Source of the DNA: Carcharhinus amblyrhynchos
Lineage: Eukaryota
Direction of reading: 5' to 3'
Assembly (NCBI GenBank): GCA_965287045.1
Contig: OZ336880.1
Span: 4,712,001-4,776,000 of the forward strand
DNA: 64,000 bases
Shown here: in pieces, positions 37,007 to 47,600 of the stretch
Layout: each line of letters opens with the position of its first letter
Numbering within the stretch: position 1 is the stretch's first letter
Translations under genes and position numbers: made by a program
The notes under the pieces: model-generated
What the model was told of the DNA's origin: nothing
Databases searched by the model: none
The model's input: the letters and a program-made list of their open reading frames with translations, nothing else

Positions 37007-38809
37007 ATGTATATGCCATGTAAATGAATATGCCCAGTGGAGTTACTATTACTCGTTTTTGTTTACTAATCAGAAATACAATTGACCATTTCTGGAATTC
37101 CAATTAGCTGCAGTGTGGCTTGGAGCCTAATGTACCTATTAAAGGTAAATTAGGTACCTCCTGTACCTAATAAAGAAAAATACACTGCCTCAGCATGTGA
37201 TTCCTGTTGGTTTTTTTTGCTTTCCTTTTATTAATTTAAGTCTGTGTTTTTACTGGAATCCATATTCCAATTATGATGTGAATGCAGAGCCTCTGACAGG
37301 AATGAAGGTGGCGACCGTTATGGAATGATCAGTATCTGTCTTTTAATGGTACATCTTCATTCTGTCACTGGAGACCCTCTGGCTTGCACGGTTTGCCCCA
37401 GAGATTTTGCTTGGAGGATCAAGTGTTTGTGAATTCTGTTTTGTTCAGCAACGATGTGTGGTACCTTATCCGTGGCTCACATGTCTGTGTTTGCTGTGGT
37501 CACTTCTCCAGGCAATGGGGACCCTTTTGCATATATCTTGTGTCAGTTGCCTAAGGAAGTTGTATTTAGCCGCTTGTAAATAGAGTATGAAACAAGACCA
37601 TTGGTTCTTTACAACCTCTAGAACCATATACTCAGTCTGGAAAGACTTCTGCAGATGTCAGATACAGAACAATAATGCAGTTTAAATACTGCTGAGGAAT
37701 ATGGACACTAGGCTATTCCATTGTACCTTTTCTTACGAGACAAAGAATAGCTACTAAAAATATATAAGTACAGGGCAGTATGGTCTACCTGTATCTTTCT
37801 GCACAAACCACTGGAGTTGAGAACTGTGGTTGGCGACCACCTTGTAAGTTTGGTCATGTGATATTGTAACCACAGTGATGCCTGAGCAGGTGACACCTGC
37901 ATGTGTTACTGTTTTTCTATCCCTGCTTCTGTGCACTTTGGTTTGGCCTCAACTTCTTTGTAAAGGTGAACGCTCTGAATTGGGGACCTCAGTCATAGCT
38001 GATCAGTACTTGAATGTCACATGCCTAAACTGTCAGGTTGGACCAAACAAATTGAGAGATTGGGGAGATTGTTTGGAGCAGTTGTTTGGATGCTTCTCAA
38101 AGGCAAATCATCCCAAACTTTGCTCTGCACCAGTTTTTTTTTTTGAAGCAGTTCTGAGATTTTTCATACAGTGATGAAAATTACATTTCATGGGGCCACT
38201 TGGCATCTTTTGCCAGTGTTTGTTTTTGCTCCTGTAACCCATCCCCTTCAGATTTTTTTTTACATTTCTTTTCAAATATTTGTTCCACTTCGAAGGGTGA
38301 TCTGGTCTCTACCTTGATGGTCACTCAAGTGCATTGTGTGGTTCAAATTGTTCTCCATTCAAGAATCCTCCTCCCATTCCCCTTGTTTCCTCCAATTTTC
38401 CCCTCTTTTCTGAACCTATTTTCTCCTCAGCCCTCAGTTCACACACTCCTCCTCCACTGTCTTTTGCCTCCTTCCAGTAGACATTTGGGAAGGTTGGAAA
38501 CGCTTCAAGTCACCAGTCTCCTTTTTTAGAATCTAGTGAAGTGATTTAAGAAAAAATACAGATCATGTGTATTCGTCACACATACATGTTTGAAAAAGAA
38601 AATTGCGTTTCAGTCTTACCAGATAATGGACTGGACCTTGCTGGAAAACTAATGGTGTACAGTAAATGATGTACGTCATAAAGTACAAATTAAGCAGCAT
38701 GTTCTGGGATCTTGCTGATCGTTTTATGCAAGTTCATTGTTTGCTTTGCACAAACATCTCCCTTTTTTTTGAAAAACCTGCAGGTCTTCACATTTGCTCA
38801 CTTTTTTTC

Positions 38810-39150
38810 TTTCATGGGATGCGGGCATAAACTGGCAAGGCCAGCATTTGTTGCCTATCCCTAATTGTCTTTGAAACAGGATGGCTTGTTGGCCATTGCA
38901 GAGGACAATTAAGGGCCAATCACATTACTGAGGGACTGAAGTCACATTGGCAGAACCAGATGAGATGGCAGATTGCCTTCCTTGAAGGACATTAGTGAAT
39001 CAGGTTTTTTTTTAATTTGACAGTGAATGATAGTTTTGTGATCATCATTACTGAGGCTGGTTTTATATTCTAGATTAACTGAATTGAAATTCCACCAGCT
39101 GTCATCGTGGGATTACTAGTCCATGACATTGCCACTCCATCTCCCCTTGT
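38810..39150 (-). mobile_element. SINE with LINE-derived tail (family also at 52348-52632 + and 57345-57610 -)
   Basis: ttcatgggatg...ggccagcatttgttgcc...ggacattagtgaa...ttccaccagctg shared among the copies. Confidence 0.75.
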
Positions 39151-39811
39151 TAAACTGTTTTAGAGTGCAAAACCTCTTTTACAAGAGTGTAATAATTGTT
39201 AATACAATTCCAATCAATCTTTTTGACACAGAATTGAAACACTTTAAATTATTCAATTTCTTTTTTGCATCTCATTGAATGTTAAAGATTTTGAAAATTA
39301 TTTCAGTTGTTTGGGACTCCTTTCTCATTTCCTTCAATTCCTTTTTTTTAGTCTTTTGTGACCTTAGTTTATTTTTCTGTATCTGGTTTTGATTCTTAAT
39401 TCATCCTCCTTTATTGTACCTTTTTCTTCCTCAATCGTTAAGGTAGCAAGATGGACAGTTGGCCCCAGTGTTAACTGTAGTCCCGGATACACCTTGGCGA
39501 ATGCCACACCATTAAAAGCTGACATTTCCAGCAAGCTGTATTGCAAAAGTTTTTCTAACTGAAGGTTGCAGAAGGGTTTAGTTGATGGGGCGCAGCGTGA
39601 GATGTTGTGCTTCAGCATGATCTGGCCTATTCTGCGGTCAGGCTGTTTCCCTTGTCAAATTGTCCACAGAAGTCAACTAACATGTACTATGTGACATTTT
39701 TTATTGTGTCATTTTACTCCCCTGTAAAACATATCTATGTTCAGTTGGTCATGTTATACAACTTTGTGGGTCTAACTAATGGAAAGTAAAATACAGTTTG
39801 AAGGAGGCCTA

Positions 39812-39960
39812 TTTTTAGTGTGCTGCTTTGTCATCATGTAAATGAAGACCTGATGGACAGTGGATCACAACTGCAGTTCACAAGTCACTCGTGAACTGCA
39901 GCTGTGATCCACTGTCTATTTGGTCTTCATTCACATGATGACAAAGCAGCACACTAAAAA
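39812..39960. repeat. 149-bp near-perfect palindrome (possible MITE remnant)
   Basis: 74-bp arms centred on C39886, ungapped, 6 non-Watson-Crick positions. Confidence 0.92.
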
Positions 39961-40075
39961 ATCTAACCCTGAAAAGTCCTAAATAGGTGTTCAATTGGGC
40001 TTCCCAAGAATTTTCACTGATTTGTATGTATTGCAAATATCCTGGTTAACCTCAGCAAAACCTTTCTCTGTTTAG

Positions 40076-40276
40076 ACACTCCCATGCCTTGTTAGGATGT
40101 GCAGTAAAGAGAGGCTGCTGGAGGAACGGGTGGAAGGTGCTGAAACCTTGGCATATCTGATAGAACCTGATGTCGAGTTGCAGAGGATTGCCAGCATCAC
40201 AGATCATCTTATTGCGATGCTCGCTGACTACTTTAAGTATCCAAGTTCTGTCAGTGCAATCACAGATATCAAAAGA
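40076..40276 (+). CDS. ARMC8: ARMC8 exon 11 ([32 protein letters not shown]...SAITDIKR)
   Basis: ctctgtttag| acceptor, |GTAAGT donor, 201 nt. Confidence 0.97.
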
Positions 40277-41101
40277 GTAAGTTTCTTAACTTGACTCGGG
40301 GATTTTCACAGTAACTTTAATAAACTTTTGTAAATTTATTAACGTTTTCAGTAATGTTCAGTATAATGAAGTAGATAAATAGTTGCAGTATTAATCTTGA
40401 TGAGATCCATAATAAAGCCAGCCGTGTTCATGATTTTAATCTAAACAATTGCACAGTAGTAAATTTAGTGTCCCCTAGCATTTCATAGTTCTATTGCTTT
40501 TGTGTTACTCTTACTAACAAAGATCAGCCACAGAGCAGTGACCTGCAATTTAATTGTTCCCCTGCTGCCTTCAAATTAGCATCACATCAGTGGGATATAG
40601 ACATTGGGTTTTTTCCACTATCTCCAGGAGATGGAGCCCTCACTTCAAAAAAAAATCTACCCCTTAGTTATTATTGATAACCTTCAATGAATCTTCAGCA
40701 AAAACAGCTGTTTGAATTACTTGTGCCTTGCAGAGATAGAACATAATATTTTAGTGTTACACTCCAAAGCTGGCGTTTATCTACTGCAATTAATGCACTA
40801 TTGTTACGTGCAATGTCAGCGAAAGATCTGATTTTGCCAGTAGTGTTTAGTCTTATTGTAGCTTGATTTCGAAGTTTAAATTGGAAATCTTTTATTTATG
40901 ATGGTCCTCTTAAGGCAGTTATTAAAAATGGATAATTGCTCAAGAATTGTTTGATATTTTAAAAATAATTTTAATGCAGGGATGCAATAATATTGTTTGA
41001 ATATTAATTCAGTTTTGTGTCCTGCTATCTGTTTTATTGATTGATTTATTGCAACTGCTACAAAAGTACTTCAATTTTTTGTCTTTCCTAATATTCTTCA
41101 G

Positions 41102-41197
41102 CTTGACCACGACCTCAAACATGCTCATGAACTTCGCCAAGCTGCATTCAAGTTGTATGCCTCCCTTGGAGCAAATGACGAAGACATCCGGAAGAAG
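41102..41197 (+). CDS. ARMC8: ARMC8 exon 12 ([32 protein letters not shown])
   Basis: ttcttcag| acceptor, AAG|GTGAGT donor, 96 nt. Confidence 0.97.
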
Positions 41198-41263
41198 GTG
41201 AGTCTGGGAGAGGGGCGTCCCCCGGTCCTGGCAACCAACAGGCAGGGAGTGACGTCAACCTGA
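41198..41263 (+). CDS. ARMC8: ARMC8-beta alternative C-terminus (exon 12 read-through, [21 protein letters not shown])
   Basis: Open, GC-rich in-frame continuation to TGA at 41261-41263; closely resembles the human short-isoform tail as I recall it. Confidence 0.85.
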   Translation: MSLGEGRPPVLATNRQGVTST

Positions 41264-41657
41264 GAACAAGGTGAAGAGAATTAACAGTGACTTTACGAAA
41301 GAGCATAATCAGATCTGAAGAATGAATGGGATTGACACTCATTTGTCTAGAGAAATGAGTTGTGACGTGTTCATGTTGGAATGACAAGTACTGGTGTTTC
41401 CTGTGTTGAACCTGCACCGGATCCTTAAATTACATTCTTTGCATGAGTTCGTAACAGTAGTAACAAAATAAGCACTGTGAAGTGTAGTGTATAGTACTGA
41501 CTCACATAATGCAGTAGTACTGTAATGCCAGTTATATAAATGCTTGCCTACCTATCTGCTGCAAACCGGAAGTACTCAGCTTCTGTTTCTGTATCACTTT
41601 TAATTTGTGGCCTGCTGATGTGTTCATTTGTGTTGCTGATGTGCAAGTTTAATTGTA

Positions 41658-41663
41658 AATAAA
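41658..41663 (+). terminator. Putative intronic polyadenylation signal for the short ARMC8 isoform
   Basis: AATAAA about 395 nt after the beta stop, preceded by TGTA and followed by GT/T-rich sequence (gcttgttttctg). Confidence 0.65.
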
Positions 41664-42877
41664 GCTTTGTGCAATGACATTGCTGGTAGCTTGTTTTCTG
41701 AATCTACAGTAAAGCAAAACACTGTTTCCAGATAACTTGAATAATGGCATTTAAAATGTAGTTGAATTTTTAATCTGTACACAGTGAGTGATAAGCCCAG
41801 AATGGCATCTTACCGTATCTCAAATAAGGGAGAACCGTGTTGTGATGCACATGTACCCATCAAGACTGAGAGCCACTAATGCTGGAAAATATGCATGCTT
41901 CCATATTGTCTGGAAATGTGATTGAAATGCCAACTTAAGAGTGTCCTTTTCCTGCAACAATGTGGTGTAATCAGTCTCATTTATTTCCTGTATTCTTTGT
42001 GAGCAAGATTGTCAAATTTAACAAAGTAATGCTGTGGACTTTGAAAACAGTCTGCTCACGTTAATTTCCCCCTCCAGCAGTTGTCATCTCTGATTTAGAG
42101 TGAGGTCCTAGTATCTCACTGATTTGTTTAAAATCATTTCAGTTTTTTTTTAAATTTCAGGTTCAAAATACAGGAAATGGCATTTTGACCTTTTTTGTTC
42201 GCAAATTGCAACTTTGCAATCATCAGTTTCTAACAAAAATGAGTTGCCTACAGGAATAATAAATTAGGATGAGCAAATCGTAGATATATCAGAATCGGAT
42301 CTTGGAGGTGAACAGACCTAATGCTAAACATGTAGACCCCCAATCTGTTGTTCTGTGAGCCTCCATTGTGCTTTTTCTGTGCTGGTTATGTTTGGTACAG
42401 AGAGAGTAATATTTAAGTATTGGTCAGGGCACCTGAAATGCCTTATTTACATAAAATGACTTTCATTGTGAGCAGTTACTATAAGTGTGTTTTTCAGCAC
42501 CTTTGGGCAGAATTTGAGGATGCTTAAATTAATTGAGAGGTGGGTGGGAGAAAGTGAAGAACATCCTTTTAAACAATTTTGGGATTAGAAAGCACCTACT
42601 GCACTAGAGGCTTTTGTGCAGTTATAGTGAAATCATTGTTATACCATGGTTCTTTTTTGTAATATTGGTGTAAAAGTATTTTAAGTTAACTTAATTAACT
42701 CAAATTATAGACTCAATGCTCAGGAAAAGACTCTTTGCCCCACTTGCGCTGGCTATACGTCTCCAGGTCTTGCTGTTCCTACATCCACTTTCAAATTTTA
42801 CTATTGTTATATTGTCACCTCATTTGTCCTGCTAAAGTGAATTATTTCACACTTCTGTGTTAATTTTTAAAAATACT

Positions 42878-44650
42878 TGTTCATGGAATGTGAGCATTGC
42901 TAGCTAGGCCAGCATTTGTTGCCCATTGTTAATTGCCCTTAAGAAGGTGATGGTGAGCCACTTTCTTGAACGTTGCAATCCTTATGGTGTGAATGCACTT
43001 AGTGGGGAGCTCAAAGTTTTTGACCCAGTTACAGTGAAGAAATATGCTGATATGGTTCTGTCAAGGTGATGTATGGATTGGAGGAAATCTTGTAAGTAGT
43101 GGTGATTGTATGCATTTGCTTCACTTGTGTTATGTGGTGGAAGTTGCGAGTTTGAAAGGTGCTGTCAGAGGAGCTTTGGTGAGTCATTGCAGTGTATATC
43201 TTGTCTATGGCACACACTCCTGCAACTGTGTGCCAATATTGCTGGGAGTGAATGTTTTAAGGTGGTGGCTGGGTCAAGCGGGTTGCTTTGTCCTGGGTAG
43301 TGTCAAGTTCTTTGAGTGTTGCTGGAGCTGCGCTTCTCTATTCCATCACACTCTTGACTTATGTCTTATAGATGGTGAACAGTGGGAAGTTGAGGTGAGT
43401 TGCATTTGCCCAGTTCACCAGCCTGTGTTCTCCAGACAATTGCCCTCACCTGCTTTTATGCCATTTGCAAGCTTTGAAATTTTGTCCCATACAAATCCCA
43501 ATTTCAGGGTATTAATATATATCTAAAGGAGCAGAGACCCCAACATCAACCCCTGGGAGAGACAACCGCATACTTCCCTTTACTCTGATAAAACAACTGT
43601 TGACCACTATTCTTGGTTTTCTATCCTTTAGCAATTTTGAATCATCACTGTGTCTTCAATCACACAAACGTTTGCTAACAAGTCTATTACTTGTCTATTG
43701 CAAGACCCTCGTCAAAAAACTCAATTGTGTTAGTCAAACGCATTCTGCAATTAACACCTGTGCTGGCTATCATTGGTTAACCCATATTTTTCCAAATGGC
43801 AAATAATTTTGTCCTGGATTAATGTTTTGTAAAGTTGTATCATCACTGATGCTCAGCTGACTGGCTTGGTAATGGTCGGATTTCTCTCTCCCTTGTTCCA
43901 TCCTTGTTGAAACATTTCAAGAACTACAATCCTCTGACACCCCTTCCGTATCCATTAGAGGATTGGGAGATTGTGGCCAGAATCACTACCCACATTTCCC
44001 TCAGCAACCTAGGATGCATCTCCTCGGGACCAGGTGATTTTTGAATTTTGAAAAGTAATCTTTTTATCCTTATCTATGCAATTTCTCTACTACCTTTTGC
44101 TGGGCATTGACAGCATCTGCTCTTTAGTGGAGAAACTGCAACCTGATTATTATGTCAGCCATGCTTCTGCCTCTACCAGAAGATCTCCATTTTGGTCCTC
44201 ACATATGGCTATCCTCTAAGTATCTGCTTATGCAAGACATTTGGCTTTCTTTTTGTTATCTACTAATCTATTCTCAAGTGCACATTTTGCCCTCTTATTT
44301 CCTTTTATAGTTCTTTCCCCCCCCCACATACAATTTGTGTTCAACTTGCCTATCTACTGAATTATAAATGTGCCATTTATCTTAACCCTCTATCCAGTTT
44401 CATTTTTAGCTCTATATCTAGAGTTATCTGGGGGCTTCATCTTTGAAGCATCTTTTTTTTCTCCCTAGTGGGGATGTGTGTAGTCTGTACCTGCACCTGA
44501 ACTAAGCCCTCTTTGAAGGCCTCCTGTCGTAATTTAGTTGCTGGTCTTTGATTCGCTGCACCAAGGTTAAATACCTTTTTAGCTGATTGAAATGACTTGT
44601 CCTTCTGTTTGGCATTTTGATTACCCCCCAAAAATTAAATGTAATACTGT
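42878..44650 (-). mobile_element. LINE 3' end (to about 43405) followed by a decayed CR1-like fragment
   Basis: First part matches 21420-21900; second part has an antisense SPGPxxMHPRLLRE-like motif (about 44000-44040). Confidence 0.65.
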
Positions 44651-47600
44651 TTCCTCACATCTGATTATCAAAGAAACTTTGACCGCCTGTATTAAATCTC
44701 TTTCTCCGTAACCATTTCTGCTCGGAGGAAAACAATCCCACCTTCTGTCCTCTTTCCACATAAATGAATTCTCTCGTTCCTGGTGTTATTCTAATAAATA
44801 TCAGACCCTACTCCAAGTCATTTGACATCCTTCCAAAAGCGTGGTGCCCATCTTTGACTTTCCCTAAATATTCATCAATTATTGGTTAAGTTCTGGGAAA
44901 TAATTTTCACTGGCCCAATTTTTACAATGTCATTTTTAGCATGTTATTACAGGAAAATCTTGTTGCCATGATGGATTTTATATCAGCTGACAAAAAAAGT
45001 TGGTGAATATTCTACATTTTTGTGATGTGAATTTAATCAACTTCTTAATATGTAAGTACGTTTCAGAATTATTGCACAGAAATAAAGTTCAAATGCTGCA
45101 CTTCATAGAGCTTGAGGCAGTTTTAAAGAAATATATATGAATGAGAGATTTACAAATGAAGACCGTATTCCTATATGATTTGAGAATATTGAAATGGGAC
45201 TTAAATATACCCACCTCTGCAGCATGTAAATATATTTTAGAACACTTTTTCACCTTTTCCTTGTGCCTGTATTGTTAATTAACAACAATGTCATTGACCT
45301 CCATAGTTCACACTAATGTCCCTTTTGCTACAGTGGGACAGTGAATAAAATTATCTTTTGCAAATTGTATTAATGTAACAAGACAAATTATATTTATATA
45401 TGGGCACTGACTTACATCTGCATAAATGGGAACCAAACCAAATCAATTCAAGGTTCACTTATTATCCTACGCCGTCTTAATCCATTCATTATTCATTTAT
45501 AAATGATACGCAGGTGCTCTGCTGCTTATGCTATTGACTGGGAAGTTGAGTTGTCTAATGGTTACTGCTACTTTAATTCCACCTTCCTCACAAGACAATT
45601 TCATTAAAATTTAAGATATACCCATTCTACCTTCACGTACTTGCATATTGCTGTCCAATTAGAAAACACTAGCGTTACTGATCATCAATAGCTTTGGCTT
45701 ACGGTCTTGCTGCCCATGCATTGAGCTTTATTTGTAAGGCCACTGAAAGAATATTGATTTTAAAAAAGGTACGCCTGAAATTTCGCAACAAAAAGACAGT
45801 AGGAATTCATATTGCATTCTGCATATTATGAAGGTCTGTCACTTAACAATATACAAAACATTTACAATCCATAACAAAAGGTCTTGGGCATAATCCTTGA
45901 AAAGTACATGCGTATAACACATGCAAAACCTTGAAAGCAAGAGTTTTCACACTCTTGTGCGTACTTGTATGCTTGAGAATCTCTGCCGTCTCCTACCCAT
46001 GGCCTGTGCAGTTACACAACATTAAAATGAGGTCTGTCCTTTGGCTCGGATATATTTATGCATGAATCATCAACGTGGGACTTCGCACATGTCTGTTAAT
46101 TCATGCATAACTATCGATTGCATTACTTGACGTACAGAATCAATCCACGGCAGGTTGACGTTATAATTCTGGGATATTAAAAGAATTAACTGGCACACAG
46201 TGCCTAGAATTTTTGGCTATTGAAATAAGGCTTGTTGTTAAGGTCAACATAAATTCATTCAGTTCAAAATGATTTGTTTCCACATCTGATTAATTTTAAC
46301 TAAGAACTGCCACAGGATCCTTTATCTTGAGCTTGTTCAGAGTTGCTGCCAACCTATCGGTTTGTTTTTGATTTATCTTTGCAGTTAGAAAATGAATAGA
46401 TGTCGTTTTCCAGGGCATTGGTCAGATACTTTCTGCATGAAGTCACCTTTTACATCAGGAGTTCTTTTGAATTCTTCCCACCCTTGCTGAAAATGCTTAG
46501 TGAGTGTTTTCATTGAGTCCTAGGCCAAATATCAGACGTGACGTAATGCTGGATTTTAATCAATTGCAGTATGAGTAAATGGGAATATTTTTAGCTTGGT
46601 AGTGAAATCCTGCAGTGGTCTGACATTTTTCCCATTCCAAAGTTGCTTTCTGGTTTTGAAATAATGCTTTGGTGTTTATCTTTTTGCTCAATGTGTTCTT
46701 TTGTACTATCATAGTCATTACTTTTATTCCTTCAAATAGATAGTTAACCTTCATTTTTGCAGTGCTGTAAATTCAAAGGAATCCCTTGTTTGGATCTCTT
46801 TTTGTATTTGCAAGCTAAGCTGACAGAGCCTTTTAACAGCTTCAGGTTGGACTGTTATTTAGTATATTCAAAATAATAGCAATCAAAAAACTTTGGAGCT
46901 CCTTTGTTTTGCTGGGAAAAGGTCTCATATTTGGAAGAATTGTCCTCTTTTGGTAATTTTATGATTTCTTGAAGATTTGTAACCCATCTCATTTTTTAGT
47001 AGTGATATTCAGAATAATTGTTCTTCATCAATGTACTTTATTTGATGCTTCAGCAAAAAGCAATTTCAACAACAATTTTAAAATGCTTTACCTGTTTGAG
47101 ATTTCAATAGCACAGTGAGTTATTAGACTTGTGTGTGTAGAAATTATTTCATGGTGCAATAGTCTTTGAGGTTGTGGTTAAGGTGCATTGTTGGAGCACA
47201 GTAGTTGAAAGCCATGCGCTGTACCTCCCTATGTTGTACATGGCTGAGTACATCATGCTAAATACTGTTAGAAGTAAAACAAAAGTGTTCTATTCTCCAG
47301 CCAGCACCAACATCCTTCACCTTTGATACAAAAAGATTCCCCACAAAAATGGAATACTCACAATTTCAAAAATAGATTGAGAATTCAGAAGAACATGTTT
47401 AATTTTGATGTTGATATCCTTGTACAGAAAACTTAACTCGGGAGTTAAAGAATCAGTTGAAAGTAGGTTGTTGATGCTCAGTTAGTAACTACCATGCCAA
47501 CTGTTTCCAGCTTAGTTTACAAAAACACATTCTCCTGTGGCTTCCTATGTTCAGTACAAGTCAAAGCAACAGAAAAATACCAATGCCCTTACAAAAATTG

